From: Pirellulales bacterium
GTDB lineage: Bacteria > Planctomycetota > Planctomycetia > Pirellulales > PALSA-1355
Assembly (NCBI GenBank): GCA_963733035.1
Contig: CAVTBU010000005.1
Location: 1,792,001-1,856,000 of the forward strand
Length of the DNA stretch: 64,000 nucleotides
Reading direction: 5' to 3'
Shown here: positions 11,086-20,893 of the stretch, in pieces
Numbering within the stretch: the first letter of the stretch is position 1
How the letters are laid out: each line of letters opens with the position of its first letter
Position numbers and translations under genes: made by a program
The notes under the pieces: model-generated
Seen by the model: only the letters and a program-made list of their open reading frames with translations
Databases searched by the model: none
What the model was told of the DNA's origin: nothing

Positions 11086-12141
11086 GTGACGAAGGCAAAA
11101 ACGAAAAAGCGCGAGTTCAAGAAGCTCCGCGTGGCTGTGTTGGTACACGAGGATCTCGTGCCGCCCGAATCGCTCGAGGGCTACACCGACAAGGAAATCC
11201 AGGAATGGAAGACCGAGTATGACGTCGTCACCACGCTCCGCGAAATGGGACACGAGGTGCGGCCGCTGGGCGTCTGGGACGACCTCGGCAAAATCCGCAA
11301 ACAAGTGGATGAATGGCAGCCGCACATCGCCTTTAACCTGCTGGAGGAGTTTCACGGCGTATCGATCTACGATCAGCACGTCGTGAGCTATCTGGAACTC
11401 ATCCGTCAACCGTACACTGGCTGCAATCCGCGCGGCCTGATGCTGGCCCACGACAAAGCGCTTTCCAAGCAGATTCTTTCGTACCATCGCATCCTCACGC
11501 CGCGCTTCGCCGTTTATCCACTCAAGCGCGCGGTCAAGCCGACAAAGCGCCTCAACTACCCGCTGGTGGTCAAGAGCGTTAGCGAGGAAGCGTCGCTGGG
11601 GATCTCGCAGGCATCGATTGTAACCAGCGACGAAAAACTCAAGGACCGCGTGGAGTTCGTACACGAGCACGTGCAGTCCGACGCCCTGGTGGAAGAGTAT
11701 ATCGAGGGTCGCGAACTCTACGTCGGCATCGTGGGCAACCAGCGACTCCAGACGTTTCCCATTTGGGAACTTCAGTTCAAGAAAGGGGGAGACAAGGTTC
11801 CCCTGATCGCCACGGCCAAGGTGAAATGGGACTACGAGTATCAAAAGAAGCTCGGCGTAGAGACCAACGCCGCCCGCGATCTGCCCGAGAGTCTTGTCAA
11901 TGCGATCATCAAACAGTGCGTGCGCACCTACCGCTCGCTGTTCTTGACGGGCTATGCCCGCATCGATTTGCGGCTGGCCGAGGACGGTCGCGCCTACGTG
12001 CTGGAAGCGAATCCAAATCCGAACCTGTCCTATGGCGAGGATTTTGCCGAGTCGGGCGAAGCCGCCGGATTGAGCTACGAAGACCTGCTCCATCGCATCG
12101 TCACGCTCGGACGCAACTACAAGGCTGCCTGGCGGGCTTGA
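11086..12141 (+). CDS. ATP-grasp ligase, D-Ala-D-Ala ligase-like
   Basis: PYTG, HDKALSKQIL, YPLVVK, VEEYIEGRE, GYARID.RL and LEANPNP. The canonical Ddl N-terminal GGxSxE is absent. Start uncertain (GTG 11086 or ATG 11041). Confidence 0.85.
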   Translation: MTKAKTKKREFKKLRVAVLVHEDLVPPESLEGYTDKEIQEWKTEYDVVTTLREMGHEVRPLGVWDDLGKIRKQVDEWQPHIAFNLLEEFHGVSIYDQHVVSYLELIRQPYTGCNPRGLMLAHDKALSKQILSYHRILTPRFAVYPLKRAVKPTKRLNYPLVVKSVSEEASLGISQASIVTSDEKLKDRVEFVHEHVQSDALVEEYIEGRELYVGIVGNQRLQTFPIWELQFKKGGDKVPLIATAKVKWDYEYQKKLGVETNAARDLPESLVNAIIKQCVRTYRSLFLTGYARIDLRLAEDGRAYVLEANPNPNLSYGEDFAESGEAAGLSYEDLLHRIVTLGRNYKAAWRA

Positions 12142-12265
12142 ATTCGGCCCGCACCCGCCGTCCCGGCGCAAGCCGCACAAACGGTCTGCCGCCGGGAGAA
12201 GATGCCCGAACCGATTTTGCCAGCGCGCACGACTTCGACGGTTGATCGGCCGCAGGGCCCTCCCC

Positions 12266-12316
12266 GTGCCCGATTAAAAGGTAAGGTTGGAAGTAATCAT
12301 TCCAACAATCGGGCAC
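12266..12316 (+). promoter_or_regulatory. Bulged hairpin immediately upstream of the hybrid kinase start
   Basis: Perfect inverted repeats GTGCCCGATT/AATCGGGCAC (10 bp) and GTTGGAA/TTCCAAC (7 bp), ending 4 nt before ATG 12321. Confidence 0.45.
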
Positions 12317-12320
12317 CGCG

Positions 12321-14648
12321 ATGGGTATGGAAAAATCGACGATTCTTGTCGTTGACGACGACGTGAGCGTGGCGCAACTGCAGACGCTGCGTCTCAAGCA
12401 CGCCGGCTACGACGTGTGCCTTACCGAGAACTCCGTCGCGGCCCTCGAGCGCGCGAAACAGGGCGACGTCGATTTGGCCATCGTCGACCTGCGGCTGGAG
12501 GACGATGTTACCGGCCTCGACCTGCTCGAACGGTTTCATGCCGCCGGTTTACACATTCCGGTCATCATTGTCACGGGGTTCAGTGAAGAAGCTACGGTGA
12601 TTCGGGCACTACGCGCCGGCGTTAGCGATTTCATTCCCAAAACCAAAGCCTATCTCGACTACCTGCCCGAGGCGGCCGAGCGCGTGCTCAAGCAACAGCG
12701 CACCGAGCGCCAGCTGGCTGAATCCGAAGCCCGCTTCGTCTCATTCATGGATAACGGGCCGGCCTTGTGCTACATCAAGGACCAACAGGGCCGCTTCCTG
12801 TTTGCCAACCGGCAACTGCGCCAGTTGTTCGACATCGGCGATTGGACCGGCAAAACCGTCTTCGATTTAGTGGCCACCGACCTGGCCCAGTCGGTCCACG
12901 ACGACGACATGGAAGTGCTGCGAACGGGCCAACCGAGCGAGAAGAACTACCAGGCCGATGAACCGGATGGATTGCTGCGACAGTGGGTGACCTATCGATT
13001 TCCCATGACGGACGTCCACGGCGAGCGGCTGCTGGGCGCGGTCACGGTCGACGTGAGCGAACCGGCCCGAGCCGAGGCCGCTTTGCGAACCTCCGAGGCC
13101 AAGTTCCGCTCGGTCAGCGAGTCGGCGACGGATGCTCTGATTTCCGTCGATCAATATGGCCACGTCATGTCCTGGAACAAGGCCGCCGCGCGAATGTTTG
13201 GCTACGCGGCCGAGGAGATGCAAGGCCAACCGCTCGAACGAATTGTGCCCGAGCGCTATCGCGAGGCGAACCGCGCCGCATTCGCCCGTATCGCGGCCTA
13301 TGGCAAGTCAGGCTTACGTGGACATCCGCTCGAACTGCACGGTTTGCGCCGCGACGGCAGCGAGTTTCCCATCGAGCTCACCGTCGGAAACTGGCAGGAT
13401 GGCGGCGAACTGTTCTTCGCGGGCATCGTGCGCGACGTGACCGACCGCAAGCGGGCCGAAGTAGAACTACATAAACGCGACGAGCAATTGCGGCATTCGC
13501 AAAAGCTGGAGGCGCTCGGAACGCTGGCCGGCGGCGTCGCGCACGAATTCAACAACCTCCTGCAAAGCATTCAAGGATACACCCAGTATGCCCGCGAGGG
13601 GCTCGACGAGGCGGATCCCCGTCGACAAGACCTCGACCTGGTGCTCAAGGCGGCGGACCGGGCCGCATCGCTCACGCGTCAGCTCCTCGGTTTTTCGCGG
13701 CGGCAAATGCTGCAGTACGCCGACCTCGATCCCAATCAGGCCGTGCAGGAGGCGGCGCGCATGCTCCGGCCTTTGATCGGCGAACACATTCAACTTGAAA
13801 TTTCACTGGGAGAGGATATTGGAACGATTCATGCCGATCCGACGCATCTGCAACAACTCCTGATGAACCTCGCGATCAACGCCCGCGACGCCATGCCCGC
13901 CGGCGGTCAACTGCTCATCAAGACCGAGGCCCTGCGGCTCAGTCACGAGGCCGCCGACTTCTATCCGGGGCTCAAGCCGGGACACTACCTATCGCTCACC
14001 GTTTCCGATACAGGCTGCGGCATGAAGCCCGAGGTGCTCGAACACGCCTTCGATCCGTTTTACACCACCAAGGATGTCGGCCAAGGCACCGGCCTGGGCC
14101 TGGCCTCGGTCTACGGCGTCGTCACGCAGCACCAAGGCACGGTGCGGGTCTACAGCGAACCGAACGTTGGAACGTCGTTCAAGATTCTGCTGCCGGTGGT
14201 CAAGCGGCCTGTCGAGGGCGTTCGCGCGAGGTCGATCGCCCCGCGAGCGCGCGACGATGAGACCGTGCTCGTGGCCGAGGACGAACCGCTAGTGCGCGAT
14301 CTGGTCGTCCGCACGGTCGAGTCGTCCGGCTACCGCGCCATTTGTGCCGCCGACGGCGCCGAGGCATTGGAAATCTTCCGGCAGCGGCACGACGAGATCT
14401 CGCTGGTCCTGCTCGACGTGGTGATGCCGGGGATGAACGGACACGAAGCTTACGACTTGATGCGACTGATCGAACCGAACGTCAAGGTGGTCTTCTCCAG
14501 TGCCTACGATCTGGCAACCGCCCAGCTCGGATTCATTGGCGACCATGGACTGCGGTTCGTCCCCAAGCCTTGCGAGCCCGCGGTCCTGCTGCAAACGATC
14601 CGCGCGGTGCTCGATGACAAAGCCGCGCCGACGGAAGCCGCTCGTTGA
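12321..14648 (+). CDS. Hybrid sensor histidine kinase (REC-PAS-PAS-HisKA-HATPase-REC)
   Basis: N-terminal ILVVDDD receiver, two PAS/PAC domains, H-box GVAHEFNNLL, N-box NLAINARDAM, DTGCGM, GTGLGL, and a C-terminal receiver (LLDVVMP). Confidence 0.95.
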   Translation: MGMEKSTILVVDDDVSVAQLQTLRLKHAGYDVCLTENSVAALERAKQGDVDLAIVDLRLEDDVTGLDLLERFHAAGLHIPVIIVTGFSEEATVIRALRAGVSDFIPKTKAYLDYLPEAAERVLKQQRTERQLAESEARFVSFMDNGPALCYIKDQQGRFLFANRQLRQLFDIGDWTGKTVFDLVATDLAQSVHDDDMEVLRTGQPSEKNYQADEPDGLLRQWVTYRFPMTDVHGERLLGAVTVDVSEPARAEAALRTSEAKFRSVSESATDALISVDQYGHVMSWNKAAARMFGYAAEEMQGQPLERIVPERYREANRAAFARIAAYGKSGLRGHPLELHGLRRDGSEFPIELTVGNWQDGGELFFAGIVRDVTDRKRAEVELHKRDEQLRHSQKLEALGTLAGGVAHEFNNLLQSIQGYTQYAREGLDEADPRRQDLDLVLKAADRAASLTRQLLGFSRRQMLQYADLDPNQAVQEAARMLRPLIGEHIQLEISLGEDIGTIHADPTHLQQLLMNLAINARDAMPAGGQLLIKTEALRLSHEAADFYPGLKPGHYLSLTVSDTGCGMKPEVLEHAFDPFYTTKDVGQGTGLGLASVYGVVTQHQGTVRVYSEPNVGTSFKILLPVVKRPVEGVRARSIAPRARDDETVLVAEDEPLVRDLVVRTVESSGYRAICAADGAEALEIFRQRHDEISLVLLDVVMPGMNGHEAYDLMRLIEPNVKVVFSSAYDLATAQLGFIGDHGLRFVPKPCEPAVLLQTIRAVLDDKAAPTEAAR

Positions 14649-14724
14649 CCCCACCTCCGTGCGCCGAGCAACCGCCCCCAGCGGCGGCTGCGCGCGTCGC
14701 AACAAACCCGGCTAGCCCATTTGC

Positions 14725-14753
14725 TGGCATCGCGGTCCGCGCCAGTCTACAAT
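14725..14753 (+). promoter_or_regulatory. Putative sigma70 promoter, probably leaderless transcript
   Basis: TGGCAT-N17-TACAAT with only 7 nt between the -10 and ATG 14761. Confidence 0.45.
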
Positions 14754-14760
14754 CGCCTCC

Positions 14761-15858
14761 ATGACACCGATACGATTCATCATGGTTGGCGGCTTTTTGG
14801 GGGCGGGCAAGACGACCACCATCGGCCGGTTGGCACGCGCGTTCACCGAGGCCGGACACCGCGTCGGCATCGTCACCAACGACCAGGCGGCCGATCTGGT
14901 CGATACGCACCTGCTCCGCTCGCAGGGGCACGCCGTGGGCGAGGTGGCCGGCGCGTGCTTCTGTTGCCACTTCAACGATCTGATCAGCACGGTCGAAGGG
15001 CTCGAGGCCAGCGCACGGCCCGACGTGATCCTGGCCGAACCGGTTGGCAGTTGCACCGACCTGGTGGCTACGGTCGTGCAGCCGCTGGTGCAATTCTACG
15101 AAGAACGCTTCGACGTGGCCCCCTACGGCGTCATCCTCAAGCCGAGTCACGGGCTACGGATTCTCAAGCCCGATAGCAAATCGGGTTTTTCTCCCAAGGC
15201 CGCCTATATCTTCCACAAGCAACTCGAGGAAGCCGACTTTGTGCTCATCAACCGCATTGATGAACTGCCCGCCGGCGAAGCCGATGAGTTGAGCACACTG
15301 CTCGCGGCTCGGGTGCCCGACACGCCGCAGCTGCGCGTCTCGGCCAAGACCGGCGAGGGCTTTGATCGGTTGGTCGAGTTTCTCGATCAGCGGGGCGCTT
15401 TCGGACGTCGGATTCTCGAAATCGACTACGACACCTACGCCGAGGGCGAAGCCGAGCTCGGTTGGCTCAATGCCCGGCTTACAATCGCCAGTGCCGCGGC
15501 CATCGATCTTGACTCTCTGGTGCTCGATATCATCGAGCGCCTGAGCAAGGCCTTCGCCGCGGCCGAGGCGGAAACCGCGCACCTCAAGGTAATTGGCCTG
15601 TCCGACGCATCGTTCGCCGTGGCCAACCTGGTCAGCAGCCAATCGCCTGCCGAGCTCTCGCTCCCCTCGAACAGCCAAACCAAGGCCGCCGAGCTGATTG
15701 TCAACGCACGAGTGGCACTTGATCCCGAGCAACTTCAAACCGAAGTCCGCGTTGCCGTCGACGCCGCTTGCGCTGCGGCCGGCACCACGCCCAACTGGCA
15801 AGAGACCAAAAGCTTCCGACCCGGCCGGCCAGTGCCGACGCATCGGATGGCGCTTTAG
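14761..15858 (+). CDS. CobW/COG0523-family metal-chaperone GTPase
   Basis: GGFLGAGKTT Walker A, GACFCC (CxCC) metal motif, AEPVGSC and INRID. Confidence 0.88.
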   Translation: MTPIRFIMVGGFLGAGKTTTIGRLARAFTEAGHRVGIVTNDQAADLVDTHLLRSQGHAVGEVAGACFCCHFNDLISTVEGLEASARPDVILAEPVGSCTDLVATVVQPLVQFYEERFDVAPYGVILKPSHGLRILKPDSKSGFSPKAAYIFHKQLEEADFVLINRIDELPAGEADELSTLLAARVPDTPQLRVSAKTGEGFDRLVEFLDQRGAFGRRILEIDYDTYAEGEAELGWLNARLTIASAAAIDLDSLVLDIIERLSKAFAAAEAETAHLKVIGLSDASFAVANLVSSQSPAELSLPSNSQTKAAELIVNARVALDPEQLQTEVRVAVDAACAAAGTTPNWQETKSFRPGRPVPTHRMAL

Positions 15859-16164
15859 ATTCATTTTCGACTCCCATGTTGACTGGACCGGACGTCGGAT
15901 CGAGAAAGCGACGGCCCGCATGGCGGCGCCTGCATCGCACCGGTTGGATCGCGTACGCCGGGGCTGGCCGTTTCGGCGCAACGGTCGAGCTCCACGATCG
16001 GATGCCGCTGACGCCCTATTCGTACCGTGGCCCCGACGAGAAGACACAACTTGAGATTGTGCGCTGGCGATGACCGGCGGCACGCAAGCCGTGAAACGCT
16101 CAAAGGCCAACTCGGAGCCAATCGCTAGAACGAAGCGGATGCCTGCACCAGGCCAAGGTGAGCC

Positions 16165-16545
16165 ATGAAGTCACGACCCTTGAGACGGCTCCTGTTGATT
16201 AGCGGCATGGCGATCGTCCTGGTTGTTGCCACGTATCAAATCGCCTTCGAGTTCCCGGTGATCAAGTGGACGTACTTGCACGGCGCCGACTCAAAGCAGC
16301 CGGTGCTGCGACCGCCGACCTACGCGGAGTCCATGATCAGGCTCAAAGTCTGCTCGACGATTGAAGCAGTTCTCGTCATCGGTGCGTGGGTCTTCCTGCG
16401 CTGGTACAACGGCAAGGAGATTCTGCCGGAGAACAAACTACTCCCAATCGAAGGTGAGCCGATCAAGGGCGAGCTGCTCATGCCTCTGCAAGGGCTCGGC
16501 TATTGTCCGGCCGACGACAAGTCAGCCGAGCGCCTCAACGACTAG
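16165..16545 (+). CDS. Hypothetical membrane protein
   Basis: 126 aa with two hydrophobic segments; AAGGTG upstream of the ATG. Confidence 0.55.
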   Translation: MKSRPLRRLLLISGMAIVLVVATYQIAFEFPVIKWTYLHGADSKQPVLRPPTYAESMIRLKVCSTIEAVLVIGAWVFLRWYNGKEILPENKLLPIEGEPIKGELLMPLQGLGYCPADDKSAERLND

Positions 16546-16675
16546 CCAACGGCGGCGAGAAGAAGACGGGCATCACGACACCAGCGGGCGTGCAGCGGCT
16601 TGCGAGGACTCGCGCCGCAATTTGGCGGATTGATCGCGGCCGACGGCTGCTCACCGTCTCTGGCCGCATCCACGC

Positions 16676-18169
16676 TTACCTTCCAGAATCCAGCAGCTTG
16701 CGAAGCTGGGCAGCGGCCTCCAGGAATCGCTCTTGCCTCAGCTTGTCGGGTCGCTTGGCGTTTTTGATATAGGCTGCGGCGCCGGCCTCTGCTTCGTCGA
16801 GGGACTTGCGAGCTTCGTCCAATTGGCCCGCGGCCTGTTGGTTGCGTGCTAACGCCAAGCGTTGGGCGAAACTGTCTGGATCGACCGCGAGGTACCGCAT
16901 GCGAAATTCGATGGCTTGTTCGCTCTTTCCGGCCCGTTCCAGGGCCAGAGCCGTCATGCCGATTGCGTCGAGCCACTTTTCACTTTTCGGTTCGGTCGCG
17001 TCGCGATAGTCGCGAAACGCCGCCAGCGTCCGTTCCAAATCAGGTTGACCGAGGAGCGAGGTTGCCTTGCGGCGCAATCGCGCCAATCGTCGTGGCGAAT
17101 TCTCGGCGGCATCGGCAATCAGGCCGTCGTAAATCGCGACCATTTCATCCACGCGCCCCAGTCGCTGCAGCATATGCGCTTCGTGCGAGAGTACGCGCAC
17201 GCGAAGGTCCGCCGACGGGGGTGGCACTTTTAGCAATCGCCGCGCATTGGCCAAGGCCTCTTCGCAGATCAAGGTTCGTTCTTCCGGCACCGCGTCCTTC
17301 TGCCAGCTCGACAGCTCGAGTTGAGTCTGCCGCGCTAGTTCCAGCCTCCAGCGCACGTCGTCGTCCTGAACGCTAGGCAGTGTTTGTTCGATATAGGCAA
17401 TTGCGGCCGGCGCATCTTCAACCCCCTTGAACTTTCTTAGTTCCCGGAAGATCGTCACGCCCGGTTGCTTCTCCCACGCCTTGCGCGTCGCAATCCGCTT
17501 CTCGTAGTACTTGGCGGTTTCGCCCGAATCGCCGTCGAGCGATTTGATTTCCTCCACCACGTCGCCGTAGTAGGCAAACAGCGGGTCCATCTTGCGCGAA
17601 TACATCGTGCCCAGGTTCAAGGCCACCGCTTGGAGCCCCTCGTGCAGTTTCTTGGCCCGCTCCGCGCCGGTGAGCTTGGCGGCCTCGGCCAGCGCGGCGT
17701 CACGGGCTTGCCGACCGGCGCGATCGAGACTTAGCTCCTGCAGAAATTTCTCAGGAGTGATGCCGGTGTTATATCCGGTATAGGCGACGGGCAGTCCCTT
17801 GGCATCGGCGACGATCACCGTTGGATAGCCACTCACCATGTAGTAGTCGCGCAGCTTCGGAAACCACTCCTTCATATCTCCTTCCAGATACTCGTCGGTG
17901 CCCGGATAGTCGAACTCCACCAGCACAAAGTCATCGGCCGCAGCGGCGAACTCGGGTTTACCGAAAACCTCGGCCTCGAGCCGTTTGCAGTATCCGCACC
18001 AACTCAAACCCGTGAAGTTGATCAACAGGTCCTTGCCCTCGGCCTGCGCGATCCGCTTCGCTTCATCCAGACGACGAACCCATTTGATCGCGGATTCATC
18101 CGCGCGCACCGGCGCTAGCGCCCCGAACATGGCCACTGCAAACAGCACCCAGAATTTCGTGGCCCGCAT
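16676..18169 (-). CDS. Secreted thioredoxin-family protein with TPR-like repeats
   Basis: Signal peptide MRATKFWVLF..ADE, NFTGLSWCGYC, GYPT cis-Pro motif and a helical repeat C-terminus. Confidence 0.82.
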   Translation of the reverse strand: MRATKFWVLFAVAMFGALAPVRADESAIKWVRRLDEAKRIAQAEGKDLLINFTGLSWCGYCKRLEAEVFGKPEFAAAADDFVLVEFDYPGTDEYLEGDMKEWFPKLRDYYMVSGYPTVIVADAKGLPVAYTGYNTGITPEKFLQELSLDRAGRQARDAALAEAAKLTGAERAKKLHEGLQAVALNLGTMYSRKMDPLFAYYGDVVEEIKSLDGDSGETAKYYEKRIATRKAWEKQPGVTIFRELRKFKGVEDAPAAIAYIEQTLPSVQDDDVRWRLELARQTQLELSSWQKDAVPEERTLICEEALANARRLLKVPPPSADLRVRVLSHEAHMLQRLGRVDEMVAIYDGLIADAAENSPRRLARLRRKATSLLGQPDLERTLAAFRDYRDATEPKSEKWLDAIGMTALALERAGKSEQAIEFRMRYLAVDPDSFAQRLALARNQQAAGQLDEARKSLDEAEAGAAAYIKNAKRPDKLRQERFLEAAAQLRKLLDSGR

Positions 18170-18335
18170 GATGTTGCCCTCCGGTGCGAGGAACGGAATC
18201 AGAGAACGATCACTCTCCAATTAACGCCGAACAGCACCCCACAATCTACTCAGTCTGGCGGCGTCAATCACGCATCTCCCGCAAAAAAGCCTGCGAATGC
18301 CCAACGCGAGCAGGCCGTGTTGCCCCTGGGGCCGC

Positions 18336-18364
18336 TTGCCGCAGGCCTCGACTGTGTTGATAAT
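18336..18364 (+). promoter_or_regulatory. Putative sigma70 promoter
   Basis: TTGCCG-N17-GATAAT upstream of the SnoaL/Gly-rich/sulfatase genes. Confidence 0.45.
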
Positions 18365-18418
18365 CGCTTCGAAGGGCTGAACTGTTAAAGATAGCGCACG
18401 GCTGCGCGACCCGACCTC

Positions 18419-19375
18419 ATGTGGGAGCGACCCGTGAAACGTTACCGTCTTGCGGCCTTGCTGGCTGCCTCACTCATCGCCGTCTTGCTAGTCGATCGTG
18501 GAATTGCCCAGGAGGCGGCCAAGACTTCCAACGCCGGGAAGCCTCAGGCACCGTCGGCGGAGTTGACCGCGATTCGCACTACCTCGCAAGCTTTCACCGA
18601 GGCGTTCAACCGCCAAGACCCGCAGGCGATCGCCGAATTATGGACTCCTGACGGCGATTTCGTCGACGAGCTCGGCAACCGCTATGCCGGCCGCGATGCC
18701 ATCCAAGCGGCATATGCGCGGTTCTTCGCCGAAAACCCCGCGGCGCGGTTGCGCGTCATTATCGATTCAGTTCGGCTCCTGAACGACCTCACGGCCATCG
18801 AGGACGGCCGTACCACGATCGATCCACCACCGGCCGGCGCGCCTGGCATGGGCAAATACACCGCCATTCACATCAAGGTCGATGGTAAGTGGTTGATGTC
18901 GACGGTGCGCGAGACACGAATCGAAACTCCCTCGGCTTACAATCACGTTGCCGATCTGGAATGGCTCATCGGTACCTGGACGGCCGAACAGCACGGTGCA
19001 AAAACCGAATCGGTCTGCCGCTGGGTGGCAAACAAGAGCTTTGTCGAGCGCAATTACACAACCACCCTCGCTGACGGCACGTCGACTGCCGGCGTGCAAC
19101 TGATCGGTTGGAATCCTCGCGTGGGTCATGTTCAGTCGTGGAACTTCAGCGCTGACGGCGGGCATGCCGTTGGCGTTTGGTCGCCTCAAGAAGATGGCTG
19201 GGCCGCCGAGGTTCACGGCGTCACCGGCGATGGCATCCCCACCGCGGCAGTCGTCCTGCTCAAACGCCTCGACGACAATGCCTACGTTTGGCAGTCCATC
19301 CGGCGCACCGTGGCCGAACAATCCTTGCCCGACACCGACGAAGTCGTCCTCCGACGTCGCCAGGCCGGGCCGTAA
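18419..19375 (+). CDS. SnoaL/NTF2-like (SgcJ/EcaC, YybH-type) secreted protein
   Basis: AFN..D..AIA.LWT.DG.FVD..G....GR.AI, KVDGKWLM, then LEWLIGTW beta domain. Confidence 0.8.
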   Translation: MWERPVKRYRLAALLAASLIAVLLVDRGIAQEAAKTSNAGKPQAPSAELTAIRTTSQAFTEAFNRQDPQAIAELWTPDGDFVDELGNRYAGRDAIQAAYARFFAENPAARLRVIIDSVRLLNDLTAIEDGRTTIDPPPAGAPGMGKYTAIHIKVDGKWLMSTVRETRIETPSAYNHVADLEWLIGTWTAEQHGAKTESVCRWVANKSFVERNYTTTLADGTSTAGVQLIGWNPRVGHVQSWNFSADGGHAVGVWSPQEDGWAAEVHGVTGDGIPTAAVVLLKRLDDNAYVWQSIRRTVAEQSLPDTDEVVLRRRQAGP

Positions 19376-19427
19376 GCCCCCCTGGCGTCATGCTTCGAAT
19401 CGTCGCAAACATCCTGGAGACGTACTG

Positions 19428-20864
19428 ATGATCCGGCAACTCCAACTCACCGCTTTGTGCCTGGCATTGATCGTCGGGCTGTCGTTCTCCAATTGTTGGG
19501 CACGCGGATTCGGCGGCGGGTTTCATGGCGGCGGTGGTTTCGGTGGGTTCCATGGTGGTGGTTTCGGCGGCGCCGGACGCAGCTTTGGTGGCGGTGGATT
19601 TCCAGGGGGAGGGTTCGGCGGCGCCGGCGGCTTCGACCGCGGCCTGAGCCGTCCCGGTGGCTTCAGCCCAGGTGGCTTGGACCGAGGAGCGGGCGGCTTC
19701 GATCGTGGTGCCTTGGGCCAGGGAGGCCTGAATCGCCCCGGTCAATTCGGTGATAGAGATTTCGGCGCCGGGGGTCTCGGTGCGGATCGGTTCGCGTCGC
19801 CCAGTCGCACGCAGCTCAACAGCTTTTTGGGATTGCCCTCGGATGAAGGACTGCACAACCTGGCTGGCAGCCGTCCGTTCTCCGGAGACAACTTCGATGT
19901 CAATCGGGGCACCGTGGAAGGTCCGCGCGGCGGCACTGCGGCCGGCGCTACGGTAACCGGCCCACGAGGCAACACGGTCGGCGGCGCCGCCGCCGAAGGC
20001 CCCGGTGGCGGAACGGCCGTGGCGCGCGGCGTTCAGGGTGCAGGCGGGGCCGCCGGTGTACGGGGCGCTGCCGAAGGTCCCGGTGGGCGCGTTGCCGCCG
20101 GCGGCGCGGTGCATGGGCCCGGCGGAGCCGTTGCCGCGCGCGGCGTGGTCGCCGGGCCAAGAGGCGTGGCCGGGGGCTTTGCACGCGTATCGCCGTCTGG
20201 ACGCTATACCTGCGCCGCCGCCGTGCGACGCAACTACAATCACTGGGGCGTGTTCGGCCGCCCTTGGTACGCCAATCATCCGGGCGCCTGGTTTGCGGCC
20301 GGTTGGGGCGCCGGAGCCGTATGGAGGGCGGCGACCTGGGGCTCCCTGGGTGCGTGGATGGGATACTATCCTGCCCAGCCGGTCGACTACGACTACGGCA
20401 ATACGGTTGTCTATCAGGACAACAGCGTCTATGTCGACGGACAGGACGAGGGCAGCGCGGAGCAATACTATGATCAGGCCGCCGACCTGGCCAACGCTGG
20501 GGCGCAGGCCAACGCGCCGGCCGACGGCGACTGGCTGCCGCTGGGCGTGTTCGCGCTCACGAGGCCCGATCAGAGCAAGTCGGATGTAACCATTCAGCTG
20601 GCCATCAACAAAGACGGAGTGATCCGCGGCAACAGCGACGACACGGCCACCGGCAAGGTCCAAGTCATTCAGGGCTCGCTCGACAAGCAAACGCAGCGGG
20701 TGGCGTTTACCGTCGGCGATAACACGTCGACCGTGGTGGAAACGGGCCTGTATAATCTCACGCAGGAAGAGGCTCCCGCCTTGATCCACTTTGGCAAGGA
20801 TCGCACCGAGCAATGGTTGCTCGTGCGTCTTACGAATCCCGACGCCGAGCAGGCCAAGAGCTGA
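19428..20864 (+). CDS. Glycine-rich secreted protein (GGFGG and GPxG repeats, aromatic-rich middle, globular C-terminus)
   Basis: ATG 19428 after GGAG; signal peptide; low-complexity Gly repeats; C-terminal WLPLGVFAL..QLAINKDG.IRG..EQWLLVRL. Confidence 0.8.
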   Translation: MIRQLQLTALCLALIVGLSFSNCWARGFGGGFHGGGGFGGFHGGGFGGAGRSFGGGGFPGGGFGGAGGFDRGLSRPGGFSPGGLDRGAGGFDRGALGQGGLNRPGQFGDRDFGAGGLGADRFASPSRTQLNSFLGLPSDEGLHNLAGSRPFSGDNFDVNRGTVEGPRGGTAAGATVTGPRGNTVGGAAAEGPGGGTAVARGVQGAGGAAGVRGAAEGPGGRVAAGGAVHGPGGAVAARGVVAGPRGVAGGFARVSPSGRYTCAAAVRRNYNHWGVFGRPWYANHPGAWFAAGWGAGAVWRAATWGSLGAWMGYYPAQPVDYDYGNTVVYQDNSVYVDGQDEGSAEQYYDQAADLANAGAQANAPADGDWLPLGVFALTRPDQSKSDVTIQLAINKDGVIRGNSDDTATGKVQVIQGSLDKQTQRVAFTVGDNTSTVVETGLYNLTQEEAPALIHFGKDRTEQWLLVRLTNPDAEQAKS

Positions 20865-20893
20865 AGGCACACACGCATCGAAGGAGCGCAGCA

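Noticed and set aside
15876..16073. Small ORF ending TPYSYRGPDEKTQLEIVRWR
   Set aside because: No RBS or recognisable motif; possibly a gene remnant, but unsupported.
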